From Octopus sinensis (lineage: Eukaryota): 64,000 nucleotides of DNA. A program made the position numbers and the translations under genes. Below are positions 13,321-53,179 of this stretch, in pieces. Within the stretch, counting starts at the first letter, position 1. Each line of letters begins with the position of its first letter. Location of the stretch: the NCBI RefSeq assembly GCF_006345805.1, contig NC_043006.1:72106001-72170000 (forward strand). The letters run 5' to 3'. The notes beneath the pieces are model-generated. The model was not told the origin of the DNA. It was given only the letters and a program-made list of their open reading frames with translations, and did not search any database.

Positions 13321-16300
13321 CTGGTACCACAAGATACAAATTCCATTGATGTTCATCTATTTTGTCTATTTTGATTTGATTTGATTTGATTTGATTTTCA
13401 CTTGCCTCAACCGGTCTTCACAAGTGTCACAAGAAGGAAGGAAGGTATGCACAGGTGGACTGACTAGTCTTGCCGGGTCTTCGGAAGGTGTTTTTATGTG
13501 CCACCGACACAGGTGCCAGATGAGGCTGGCGAACGGCCATGATCGGATGGTGTTTGTTACGTGCCCACAGCACGGAGGCCGGTCGATGCGGAACTGGCTA
13601 CGGCCACATTCGGATGGTTCTCATGTGTGCCACCGGCACTGGTACCACAAAGTGTGTACCACCACAAAGATACAGATTCCATTGATGTTCATCTATTTTG
13701 ATTTGTTTTGATTTGATTTGATTTTCACTTGCCTCAACAGGTCTTCACAAGTGTCACAAGAAGGAAGGTATGCACAGGTGGACTGACTACGTCCCAGGTA
13801 GGGGGGGGGGGCATGGGTTATGGCCTGACTAGTCTTGCCGGGTCTTCGGATGGTGTTTTTATGTGCCACCGACACAGGTGCTAGATGAGGCTGGCGAACG
13901 GCCACGATCGGATGGTGTTTGTCATGTGCCCACAGAACGGAGGCCAGTCGATGCGGTACTGGCTACGGCCACTTTCGGATGGTTTTCTCTTGTGTGCCAC
14001 CGGCACGTTCGGATGGATTCTTGTGTGCCACCGGCACTGGTACCACAAGCGGTACTGACTACGGCCACGTTCGGATGGATTCTTGTGTGCCACCGGCACT
14101 GGTACCACAAGCGGTACTGACTACGGCCACGTTCGGATGGATTCTTGTGTGCCACTGGCACTGGTACCACAAGGATACAAATTCCATTGATGTTCATCTA
14201 TTTTGATTTGTTTTGATTTGATTTGATTTTCACTTGCCTCAGCAGGTCTTCACAAGTCGGAAGGTATGTACAGGTGGACTGACTACGTCCCAGGTAGGGC
14301 CCACGGGTTATGACCTGACTAGTCTTGCCGGGTCTTCGGATGGTGTTTTTATGTGCCACCATGTTCCCACAGCACGGAGGCCAGTCGATGCGGTACTGGC
14401 TACGGCCACGTTCGGATGGTTTTCTTGTGTGCCACAGGCACTGGTACCACAAAGATACAAATTCCATTGATGTTCATCTATTTTGATTGATTTTGATTTT
14501 CACTTGCCTCAGCAGGTCTTCACAAGTGTCACAAGAAGGAAGGTATGCACAGGTGGATCGACTACGTCCCAGGTAGGGGCCATGGGATATGGCCTGACTA
14601 GTCCTGCCGGGTCCTCTCATGCACAGCACACTTCCATAGGACTCGGTCTTCAGTCATTTCCTTGGTGAGACCTAAAGTTCGAAGGTCGTGCTTCACCACC
14701 TCGTCCCAGGTTTTCCTGGGTCTACCTCTTCCACAGGTTCCCTCAACTGCTAGGTTGTAGCACTTTTGCACACAACTATCTTCAGCCATTCTCGTCACAT
14801 GACCATACCAGCGCAGCCGTCTCTCTTGCACACCACAACTGACACTTCTTAGGTTCAACTTTTCTCTCAAAGTACTTACACTCTGACGATTATGAACACT
14901 GACATTACACATCCATCGGAGCATACTGGCTTCATTTCTTGCAAGCTTACGCATATCCTCAGCTGTCACGGCCCATGTTTCACTACCATGTAGCATGGCT
15001 GTACGTACACACGCATCATATAGTCTGCCTTTTACTCTTAGCGAGAGACCTTTTGTCACCAGCAGGGGTAAGAGTTCTCTAAACTTTGCCCAGGCTATTC
15101 TTACTCTAGCAGTTACACTTTCAGCACACCCACCCCCACTACTGACTTGGTCTCCTAGGTAGCGGAAGCTATCAACTACTTCTAGTTTGTCTCCCTGGAA
15201 TGTGGTAGAAGTTGGACTCTGCACATTTCCAGTGTTTATTTCTCCTGAGCATCTGCCACAGACAAAAACTATTTTCTTAGTTAGCCTTCCTTTGACATTG
15301 CTGCACCTCTTATGTGTCCATAGCTTACACTTGGTGCACCTTATAGAGTTTCTACCTACACCTTTTTTACAGATCGAGCAGGGCCATCTACCTGAAGTCG
15401 TTTGTGGTTGGTCCACCTTCCTACTTATTAGGACTTTGGTTTTGGCTAGGTTGATTCTAAGGCCCTTCGATTCTAATCCTTGTTTCCACACCTGAAACTT
15501 CTCCTCCAGTTCTGATAGTGACTCAGCAATTAGAGCAAGGTCATCAGCATATAGGAGCTCCCAGGGGCATCCTGTCTTAAATTCTTCCGTTATTGCCTGG
15601 AGGACTATGATAAATAGGAGGGGGCTGAGGACTGATCCTTGGTGGACCCCAACCTCTACCCGGAATTCTTCACTGTACTCGTTGCCAACCCTCACCTTAC
15701 TAGCTGCGTCTCTGTACATGGCTCGCACAGCTCTCACTAACCATTCATCTATCCCTAGTTTCCTCATTGACCACCAGATAAGGGATCGGGGGACCCTGTC
15801 AAAGGCTTTCTCTAAGTCAACAAAAGCCAGGTACAAGGGCTTACCTTTGGCTAGGTATTTCTCCTGCAGCTGTCTTACCAGGAATATAGCATCAGTAGTA
15901 CTTTTCCCTGGCACGAACCCAAACTGCATATCATCTAAGCTAACTCTCTCTCTAATTAACTGGGCTATAACCCTCTCCGTAACCTTCATTACCTGATCCA
16001 ACAGCTTGATGCCCCTGTAGTTATTTGTATCTAGGGCATCGCCTTTACCTTTGTAGCAGTTGACTATTATGCTGCTACACCAGTCATTGGGTATGACTCC
16101 TTCGTGTATCACCTGGTTAACTATACGGGTGACTATGCTATAGCCGACACTACCAGATATTTTGAGCATCTCTGCAGTAATTCCTGATGGGCCTGGGGCT
16201 TTCCCTGTCTTCATGCTTCTAATTGCCTTAGCTACCACGGAACTATCAACTCGGATAGCTGGTCCCTCTGTCGGGTCAACATTCGGCAGACTCTCTTTAT

Positions 16301-17217
16301 CCCATTCATTTTCCTCATTCAGCAACCTTTCATAGTGGCGTCTCCAAGCTTCTCTCTTTGCATCCTCATTTAACGCAAGTGAACCATCCTCCATGCGAAC
16401 ACAGACAAAATAGATGAACATCAATGGAATTTGTATCTTGTGGTACCAGTGCCTGTGGCACACAAGAAATCCATCAGTGCCGTAGTCAGTGCGGTGGGCA
16501 CATGACAAACACCATCCGATCGTGGCCGTTCGCCAGCCTCATCTAGCACCTGTGTCGGTGGCACATAAAAACACCATCCGAAGACCCGGCAAGACTAGTC
16601 AGGCCATAACCCATGGCCCCTACCTGGGACGTAGTCAGTCCACCTGTGCATACCTTCCTTCTTGTGACACTTGTGAAGACCTGTTGAGGCAAGTGAAAAT
16701 CAAATCAAATCAAAACAAATCAAAATAGATGAACATCAATGGAATTTGTATCTTGTGGTACCAGTGCCGGTGGCACGTGGCACATAAGAAAACCATCCGA
16801 ACGTGGCCGTAGCCAGTACCGCATCGACTGGCCTCCGTGCTGTGGGCACGTAACAAGCACCATCCGATCGTGGCCGTTTGCCAGCCTCATCTGGCACCTG
16901 TGTCGGTGGCACATAAAAACACCATCCGAGCGTGGCCGTCTGCCAGCCTCGTCTGGCACCTGTGTCGGTGGCACATAAAAACACCGTCCGAGCGTGGCCG
17001 TCTGCCAGCCTCGTCTGGCACCTGTGTCGGTGGCACATAAAATCACCCACTACACTCTCGGAGTGGTTGGCGTTAGGAAGGGCATCCAGCTGTAGAAACA
17101 CTGCCAGATCTGACTGGACTGGTGCAGCTTTCGGGCTCCCCAGACCCCAGTTGAACCGTCCAACCCATGCTAGCATGGAAAGCGGACGTTAAATGATGAT
17201 GATGATGATGATGATGA
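13321..17217. mobile_element. Young RTE-clade LINE insertion with 5' inversion (13321-16403 on minus; 16404-17217 on plus, ending in a (GAT)n tail)
   Basis: RT frame and proximal 3' UTR read on minus; distal 3' UTR and tail read on plus. Orientation checked against uninverted copies at 62735-63783 and 7395-8666. A 47-nt perfect inverted match links 13321-13367 and 16403-16449. Confidence 0.88.
14598..16403 (-). CDS. RTE retrotransposon ORF, 5'-truncated: reverse transcriptase with inserted PHD-type zinc finger (endonuclease missing)
   Basis: About 600 codons without a stop. RT motifs: KAPGPSG, YRGIKLL, QFGF, FVDLEKAFD, QGSVLSPLLF, YADD, FRYLG; C-terminal LRWYGHV and GRGRP. The first ~34 aa of the listed ORF come from inverted UTR, so there is no native start. 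Confidence 0.93.
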   Translation of the reverse strand, partial: CVRMEDGSLALNEDAKREAWRRHYERLLNEENEWDKESLPNVDPTEGPAIRVDSSVVAKAIRSMKTGKAPGPSGITAEMLKISGSVGYSIVTRIVNQVIHEGVIPNDWCSSIIVNCYKGKGDALDTNNYRGIKLLDQVMKVTERVIAQLIRERVSLDDMQFGFVPGKSTTDAIFLVRQLQEKYLAKGKPLYLAFVDLEKAFDRVPRSLIWWSMRKLGIDEWLVRAVRAMYRDAASKVRVGNEYSEEFRVEVGVHQGSVLSPLLFIIVLQAITEEFKTGCPWELLYADDLALIAESLSELEEKFQVWKQGLESKGLRINLAKTKVLISRKVDQPQTTSGRWPCSICKKGVGRNSIRCTKCKLWTHKRCSNVKGRLTKKIVFVCGRCSGEINTGNVQSPTSTTFQGDKLEVVDSFRYLGDQVSSGGGCAESVTARVRIAWAKFRELLPLLVTKGLSLRVKGRLYDACVRTAMLHGSETWAVTAEDMRKLARNEASMLRWMCNVSVHNRQSVSTLREKLNLRSVSCGVQERRLRWYGHVTRMAEDSCVQKCYNLAVEGTCGRGRPRKTWDEVVKHDLRTLGLTKEMTEDRVLWKCAVHERTRQD

Positions 17218-17247
17218 CACACACACATATAATATATACATATATAT

Positions 17248-17357
<110 letters not shown>

Positions 17358-17358
17358 C

Positions 17359-17393
<35 letters not shown>

Positions 17394-18420
17394 TATATGA
17401 TGAGCTTCTTCATATGTGTGTGTGTGTGCATCTTTGTGGCTGTCCTCTACCACCACTTGACAACTGGTGCTGGTGTGTTTACATCCCTGTAACTTAACAG
17501 TTCAGCAAAAGAGAACAATAGAATTAGTGCCAGGCTTAAGATTAAAAGTACTGGGGTTGATTTGTTTGGCAAAAAAACTATTCAAGGCAGCACTCCAGCA
17601 TGACCGTAGTCTAATGACTGAAACAAGAAAAAGATATACAAGACAAACTTACTTCTCTCACACTTCCTTTCATAACTGTTACTCTAAATACTCATTATAA
17701 TCGGATTAAACCTATTGGTAAAAAATAATTCATGAATAAGAAATAGGTTTGTGTGAATGAGAGCATACAGCATTCTTTTTGCAAATGAATAAATCACAAG
17801 TTAATAGTAATCATTATCAAACAACTTTAAAGTACCATCATACTTTTATGGGTGTGTTGTTAACAGTAGAAATGAATTCAATTAGAACCATTTTCTCAGA
17901 CATTATATGAAAAGTTTCAGAGAAACACTTTTCCAACTACAGCCCTGGTTTGATGAATACTGAAAGAAGCCTGATGTGTATGTGTGTGTGTGTGTGATCA
18001 TTATCATTATTTTAATGTCTTCTTTTTCATGCTTGAATGAGTCAGGTGAGATTTACTGAGGCAGAATTACTTGCAGCTGGAGGCTCTTATATTGGCCAAC
18101 CTCCACTTTTCTCCAAGCAAAGTAATATTTTTCCCTAGTCTGGAAATGTTTTTGAAAAAAGTCTGCAAACAAACATCACTGTTTGTACAATGGGGATGAA
18201 GTTTGTTTACACACACTCTCTCTTTCTCTCTCTCTCTCTTTCCCTCTCACACACACAAACACACATATTACAAGCTACTTTTCAATTTCTGTCTATAAAA
18301 TTCAGTCACACGCTTTTGGTCTGCACAGAGCCATAAAAGACACTTGCCCAAGAGCTGCACAGTGAGACTAACCTCAAAATCTTGTGCTTGCAAAACAAAC
18401 TTCTTAACCATACAACAATG

Positions 18421-18460
<40 letters not shown>

Positions 18461-18461
<1 letters not shown>

Positions 18462-18797
18462 TCTTTTACTTGTTTCAGTCATTTGACTGCAGCCATGCTG
18501 GAGCACCACCTTTAGTCAAGCAAATGGACATCAGGACTTATTCTTTGTAAGCCTAGTACTTATTCTATCGCTAAGTTATGGGGATGTAAACACACCACCA
18601 TCGGTTGTAAAGCGATGTTGGGGGGACAAACATAGACACACATATATACATATATATGACGGGCTTTCAGTTTCCGTCTACCAAATCCACTCACAAGGCT
18701 TTGGTCAGCCCGAGGCTATAGTAGAAGACACTTGACCAAGGTGTCATGCACCTTGTGGTTGGCAAACAAGCTACTTACCACACAGCCACTCATGCGC
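18461..18797 (-). mobile_element. tRNA-derived SINE family B copy
   Basis: Same family as 28462-28868, 37566-37952, 44166-44528 and 51273-51663. Confidence 0.8.
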
Positions 18798-19099
18798 ATA
18801 ATTTGACATATTTCACATATATGTATGGGGGTGTTTCAAAGCAATTAGCTAATTGGATACAAGTGAGTAATTTTGTATATTTATGAAATGAGAATATAGA
18901 CATTTGTATTTGTTGTAACTTATAATAAAGAATGTTATGCATAATAGTTATATTCTACATCTAAAAATGCTTATCTGATAGCAACAGATACAAAATATTT
19001 GCCTCTACACAGCAGTACAATTAAATAGTGTGGTCTCCAACAGTTGAAGAAACTCCTCCACTTGCATCAACTTTTGTAAGACCACTACCCATAAAGCAA

Positions 19100-20520
19100 A
19101 AGATACTTTAATGTGTTGTACACCTCAGCCACATCCAGAATTGTGGTTGGTCTTTTTTTGTTTTTTTGTCCCTGTGTCAAGATGATTTCTACCAACTTTG
19201 TAGAAATCTCAACAACCAATAAAGAGTACTCCTATGGAAACAGATTCCATATTTGTTGCCTGTTTGCTTCCAACTTCACTCCCATCTCCATGTGCACATC
19301 TTTGCCAGATGTTAAAAACATTTCCAGTCACTTTATGTCAACAAGGTCGCTGCCCTTCCAACAATTGTTTTATCACCCTCAAACAGTGGACCCCAGAGTT
19401 AATCTTTATCTTTGTCAAACTCTTCAATTCTTATTTCTCTTTAGGGGATCTAGCTTACTCTGAGAAACATGCCAGTGTATCTCATCCTCAAGAAATGCAA
19501 TCTCTCTGTTCTTGCCGACTACCAAACTATCAGTCTCACCTTTGACATATCAAAGACAATAGAAACAATCATGAGCAATCACCTCCAACATGTTCTGTCT
19601 TTCTCTCTTCTCTGTGACCAGTTTGTCTTCAATAGTGGATGTTCCCTCACTTTGAGAATTTCAACAAAAGCAAAGTTGTTGCATTTGGTATCAGTAAAGC
19701 GTTTAACTGTATTTGACATGAGAACTTTCCAGCTAAACTTGCCATCTCTGTGCTCTTTCCATCTCTTCTGTCTTCAATTGGAAGCTTCTTATTTCTTTAT
19801 TGCCCACAAGGGACTAAACATAGAGGGGACAAACAAGGACAGACAAATGGATTAAGTTGATTACATCGACCCCAGTGTGTAACTGGTACTTAATTTATCG
19901 ACCCCGAAAAGATGAAAGGCGAAGTCGACCTCGGCGGAATTTGAACTCAGAATGTAAAGACAGACGAAATACCGCTAAGCATTTTTCCCGTTGTGCTAAC
20001 GTTTCTGCCAGTTCGCCAATTGGAAGCTTCTTGTCAGACCATATTTCATTGCAACATGTGCTCATGGTTCTCTTTAACCCACACAGTATCAACTCTGGTA
20101 TGCTTCATGGTTTGACTCTGTTATCACCTCCAACAATGCACTACTGTACAGATGTTTCCATTCTTATTCATTAAATGTTCCACACACAAACATAATCCAT
20201 ATGCAACAATCTAAAAATATCTGGGATTATGCTGCAACTACCACAAACATATGCATACTAGATCAGATCACTAAAACTATTTGATTGAATGGAGAAGACT
20301 CACTATTAAAATATAACCCCTGGTCTACTCCACCTTTTCTACCACTACTGAAATGGGTTCTGCTCCTATGAAATAGCTCACAACCCAGCATGATATCTGT
20401 CTCTCCTTCAATCACTATCTATATAGTGTCTTATCTTTAAGGCCCTCTATTAATCACATTACCCAACCCACCCTCCTCAAAGTGTTAACTCTACACCCAA
20501 CTCTACATGTTCTTCATAAA
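19100..20520 (+). mobile_element. Highly degenerate Jockey/CR1-like LINE RT remnant, interrupted by a SINE
   Basis: Broken frames resemble RT N-terminal motifs: ...TLKQWTPELIFIFVKLFN... and LILKK...DYQTISLTFDISKTIE...DQFVF (compare K..D.S.P.NYRPISL...Q.GF). Confidence 0.5.
19791..20016 (-). mobile_element. SINE family A monomer with 16-bp target-site duplication
   Basis: CAATTGGAAGCTTCTT occurs at 19775-19790 and 20017-20032, directly flanking the SINE. Confidence 0.9.
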
Positions 20521-20699
20521 CCAGATTGACCTGACTAATCTTACAAGATCTACAAAGGTCATGGACATAGCTCCACTTCTTCATTAACCAATTAAAGTTG
20601 TCTATAATCTTTTCTTTTTTTTTGAAATCTTTATTTGGGAATTGGACGTTTTCGGCATTACAATAACCCTAATCCTAACCCTCTTGACATACTAACCCT

Positions 20700-21593
20700 A
20701 AACACCGGGTGTACGTATTCTTTACTTCCGCCGGGAATTGTGGAAATTGACTTTAATTAAAATAGTTTTGACAACACTCAACAAGTGGAAAGTACTTGGG
20801 TCAGTCTCAAGCGACGGATCAATCGGTGCTGTGGCACAATGCTTCGTTCTTTTTGTTTTTTGGACGTTATCGTGTAGTTTAAGGATTTGGCTGCTATTTC
20901 CAGCATGTCAAGAGACCATGTAAAGGTTTCGTGTATGCCGATCTCCATGGCAATGGAAATCAGCGAACACGATACGTCAACAATGGAGATTTTCGATTGG
21001 CTAAAATGACATAACTTTAAATGCTTGTAATTTCTTTATTATTAATTTCTAGGAAAAAAAACCGGAAAAAATATTAACGCGATTTTTGTCATCAGCACGC
21101 CAAACAACATGGGAACAACATTTTCTGAAAATTTGTAAAATTTCAAGTGGTCGGAAGAAATTTAACAAAACTCTCTCTTTCTATATATGTGGATAGATAG
21201 ATAGATAGATAGATAGAGAGAGAGAGGGGAGAGAGAGAGAGACAGACAGAGAGGAGACAGACGCACACACAGTTTAGCCCAAGGTTGCCGCATGCCGAAA
21301 GCAGTGGTACAAACTGCAGTTTGACAAAGTTTATGAGCGGAGATTCTTAGATTCAAGGATCACCAACTGACCCATAGGAAACTTGTAATAAACGTGAGTA
21401 TTGTTCACCAGTTAAGATATAAATAAAGAAAAAACTAAAGACGAAGCTCAAGAATAAAAGAAAGTTATGAACGGTTCTGCCGTTTTACAGTTTCCTCTTT
21501 CGGCAAACTCCTGAACTAATTCTGACAAGGTTAGATAACTCTAGATATTTACATATCAAAACAGTTTGACAGGTTAAATTAGCAGTAAGCATC
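20700..21593 (+). promoter_or_regulatory. Probable IDI1 promoter / 5' region, with a candidate non-coding first exon ending at 21393
   Basis: Local CpG enrichment relative to flanks; reverse CCAAT box (GATTGGCT, about 20995-21002); CGTCA half-CRE; strong donor AAC|GTGAGT at 21394. The TSS cannot be determined from sequence. Confidence 0.5.
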
Positions 21594-48767
<27,174 letters not shown>

Positions 48768-51272
48768 AGACTCCTGTAGAACCTTTGTTAATATTACAAC
48801 AGTTCTGATAACATCAACTCAATTCCCAGATTGCGACGTCCATACTTCCTCAGCAATTCATATTTTATTATCTTTACATTTTATTTTTTTTCTCTGTTAT
48901 TTTCTATTTTTCTTTTGTTTTCTTTATGAAATGGATAGAATGAAATATTAATTTGATTTTGTTTTGATAATATTTTATCTTGATTATGTGTGTAAATAAT
49001 TTTAAAGAATCAAGTTAGGTAAAACTGGCAAATCATGTGATAAGAACTTTGAATTGAGGCCCAGTTTTTAGTGACAGATCAGTCAAAAATTTAGCAATAT
49101 ACAAAGTAAGGACAGTAAACAATGATCGAACTTTCAGCCATTCTACTTGGTGGAGTAGAAAGGTTTTTGCCTTTTACAAGACCCTAACCCTCATTATCCA
49201 CCCACACACCACAGCACGACTATTAAGGCTATCTACTGCTCCAACAACAGTCGATGTTGAGAGAAATATTGATATATAGACATTAATTGTTCATTACTGT
49301 ATTAATCATTTTGTAAATGTTATTCTTGGGAACAGTGCTTTAATATTGTCGTTAGACCCTCTGTTACTTCTGTCATGATGCTGATTGCTATTGATGATGA
49401 TGAGGAGGTGGAGGAATGGGGAAAGGAAGATATTGATAATGACTTAGATCATAGACTTAGAGCTGGTGTCTGATTTTTAAAACCTGTCTTTATATTGCCA
49501 CCATTCTGTCAAAGGATTGATTGAAAATTATATTTTACTATTTCCATGGAGAAAACTGATTATGTGGTTATGAGTTCAAGCCACTCTATAGCTAATTATT
49601 GTGTATATCTCTGGGTAACATACTTTTGTATATTTTAGTTTACCAGACTGACTGCAGGTTCTATCCTTAAATCAATGGGTAGGATTACAAGGGCATCTGT
49701 CAGTATAAACAATTATCCTGAGAAACAAACCATGAAACTCATGAGATGAAGAAAAACGATTGTAATATAGTTGTGTACATTGTCTTGTATATAAACAATA
49801 TTTTTCTATATTGAACTTCTTTAAGAATAGACTTGATGTCTCTAACAATAGACACATTTGTATTGGAAGTTGAGAGTTTATTTTGTATTTTTATAAATTC
49901 TTGGTAGAATTGGTAAAGATCGGCTCATTGCCTAACATTAAAAAAATTGTTGTTTGATATAAAATATTTCAGCGATTGGAGATAGCAGCATCTCTTTTTG
50001 AATGAGACTTGGTTCTGTAACTGATTTAATTTCTTTACTTCTGCTGTACCAATTACTGAAACATTCTCTTACCACTACAAAGCATGAAAAATAAACTCCT
50101 TACCTTCTGTTCTCTCATAGATTCTTGTCTCTGTTATGTCTACCATCTTGTAAATGAAATCTTTATCTCTGTTTACTCTCTAAATGGTGAGGTGACACCA
50201 TTTCAAATGTAATATTAACCAGACATTAAAAACTTATTACAAAGATTTTTCTTTTGTTTGGTAATCCAGAGAGAAAATATTAGTATCTGCTGTACTAAAA
50301 TTTCTGCTTCAAAAATTCATATGGACTCTAATTATATATTTTTTTATGTTTCATTTCTAAACTTTGAAACCTATTACACTTCTGTTTGATAAAATAATTT
50401 ATTTTCATTTAATCACAATTTAAATAAATATCTTGATTCTGTTTCTTACTTTTCTTATTGGAATTCTTTTTTTATTTGTGTTTTAATTTAATGTTACCTT
50501 GTGGCCTTATCATAATTTTTAATGAAACTCTCAAATAATGTCTTTTAAACTAAAAAAATAAAATCACTTAGAAAAGCAAGTAAGGGTCCATGACAAGACC
50601 TGCACCTGGCCATACAAATCCTACCTCAATTTCATTCCATCTAACCTATATTAGCTGGGCTGATGCATAAATGTCTGTTGGGTGTAGCCTACAGGAAGGA
50701 GAGTGGTGGCTGGCACTACAGAAATTGTGATATGGCTCGTAGTTACAATGTATTTACACTTACATGTGCATGAGTGAGTGGACAAATGAAAGAAAGTGGC
50801 ACTCAACACATTTGCTAGGATTTACATGTATTATTTAATAACAGTTTGACTCAGCTCCATGCGACTTACAATTTTGTAAGCTTCTAGAACCAACCCACGA
50901 ACTTGCATGGAGCAGAGTCAGACTGTTATTAAGCAATATACACACACACACAGATATAGTGAAGGTATGTGGTTTAATAGTTAGGGTATTTGGCTTATGA
51001 TCATAAGATCGGGAGTTCAATTCCTGGTGGCCTGCTGTGTTTATGAGCAAGACACTTTATTTCATGATGTTTCAGTTCGCTCATCTGGCAAAAATGAGTT
51101 GTATTTGTATTTCAAAGGGCCAGCCTTGTCACACTCTCTGTCGTGCTGTGGAATGCTCATCCACCTGCATGTTAATTACATGAGCAGGCTGTTCTATTGA
51201 TCAGATCATCTGATCAATGTTTTATATCTATGTGTATGTGTGTGTGTAAAAAAAAAATATATATATACATAC

Positions 51273-51663
51273 AGGCACAGGAGTGGCTTTCTGGTAAGTA
51301 GCTTGCTTACCAACCACATAGTTCTGGGTTCAGTCCCACTGCATGGCACCTTAGGCAACTGTCTTCTACTATATCCTCAGTCCAACCAAAGCTTTGTGAA
51401 TTGATTTGGTAGACGGAAACTGAAAGAAGCCTGTCATACACACACACATATATGTGTGTGTATATGTTTGTGTCTGTTTCGTCCCCCACCATCACCTGAC
51501 AACTGATGTTGGTATGTTTACGTCCCCATAAGTTAATGGTTCAGCAAAAGAGACCGATAGAATAAGTACTAGGCTTACAAAGAATAAGTCCTGGGGTCGA
51601 TTTGTTCAACTAAAGGCAGTGCCCTAGCATGGCTGTAGTCAAATGACTGAAACAAGTAAAAGA
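51273..51663 (+). mobile_element. tRNA-derived SINE family B copy
   Basis: Same family structure. Confidence 0.8.
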
Positions 51664-53179
51664 ATATGTATATGTATGTGTGTATCATATCAAAATCTCA
51701 AAACTACAAGATAATGCATGATTAATTCAAAGTATGAATAAATAAGAATTATATTTTACAGAGTAATCCGAATGCTAAAGGGCTGATATATAAAATGATA
51801 TAAACTGTAAAAATCAACAGTAAAAAGTTATTTTTATATATTGTCAAACATCAAATTACTAATGTTTTGTAAATTGTAGCAAGTTCTTGCTAATTTTCAT
51901 TTATAAAAAGCACAAATATTTTGGGTTGAATGAGAAGCAAAATATTTTCTTAATGTTAGTTTTCTGTGTTTTTACACTTTACTTCAGATGAAACATAAAC
52001 ATTATTTTAGTAACAAGGTGAATCACTACTCTCCAAGTGGTTCTCTCCTAGTTCATGTAAATATATTTTGCATTTTTTTAGCTATATGTTATTTTTCCTA
52101 ATTTAAGATGATAATTTGAGGGAAATTTCTCTTCTATTTCTGCCAGTTTGAGCAACTTCACTGAAGCCTTCCTGTATTGACTTGACTATGCAAGGTATTA
52201 CTATATCAGATATATCCTTTAAGACAGTAGAGTCTGATTTGAGAGAGATTTTGTTACTAATTCCAGCAGGTTGCATGACCACGTAGAAGCTTCTTTGTTG
52301 AACTCCAAGACCAACCAACATTCATTGACCTTACCTTACATGGTGTCAAATATTATTAGGTTGTGATTCAGTAGGGCAAACCAGATTGCCAGAAAATAGC
52401 AAACCAAACTTCTGCAGGAAGCAGTTCTCTTCCTCCTTCTATCTATCTAGCTATCTCTCTGTCTGTCCTTCTCCTCCACCCTCTCTCTCATTACTTTAAG
52501 GAGATAGTTGGTGCAAGTGGCAGTGTAAGGAATGAGTTGTTTCTCTTTCATTATATTAGAAAGGTGGTTGGTGTTAAACATAGTCTGTGGTAGTAGTTAC
52601 TTAGAAAGTGTATAGTAGGTGGGGAGAAGAACAGCTAGCAATATTTTGGTTTTACACACACACACTTATATATGGAGTGAAGGCATGTGGCTGCATGGTT
52701 AGGGTATTTGGCCCATGTTCATAAGGTCATGAGTTTGATTCTTGGTGGCATGTTCTTGCCGTTGAGCAAGGCACTTTATTTCACATTGCTCCTGTCCACC
52801 CAACTGGCAAACATGAGTTGTACCTGTATTTCAAAGGGCCAGCCTCATCACATTCTGTGCCTCACTGAATCTCCCTCAGAACTATATTAAGTATACACAT
52901 GTCTGTGGAATACTCAGCCACTTGCATTTTAATTTCACGAACAGGTTGTTCTGTTGATTGGATCAACTGGAACCCTTATCATCATAAGTGAAGGAGCACC
53001 AGTTTATATATATCCCTAAACTTACATAAGCTCGAAGTATTGTGAGATCATACATCAAAATAAATAATAACCAAGTTCTCACAAGGTTCATTTAACCCAC
53101 CTACATTTACATGCAACAGCATCACACAATCAATTTAGGAAAACTGACTAGTTTTAAAATGTTCTTCAAATAATGGCTT

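Noticed and set aside
16404-16508. ATG at 16508 as the start of a functional 636-aa RT protein
   Set aside because: The first ~34 codons come from inverted UTR sequence and the endonuclease domain is absent. The open frame across the junction is probably fortuitous.
13321-17217. Interpreting the RT flanked by inverted repeats as a DIRS-, retron- or DGR-like system
   Set aside because: The RT is RTE-clade, the repeats are its own 3' UTR, and uninverted copies in the same window show the ordinary LINE layout. A 5' inversion explains everything.
20664-20701. TAACCCTAATCCTAACCCT and CTAACCCTAA: possible telomerase RNA template or interstitial telomere
   Set aside because: Only short imperfect repeats. 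I could not identify a pseudoknot or H/ACA domain, and such motifs are common in non-autonomous Helitron-like repeats. A covariance-model search would be needed.
21355-21370. SREBP site expected for a mevalonate-pathway gene (ATCACCAAC)
   Set aside because: Only a partial match to ATCACCCCAC; not distinguishable from chance.
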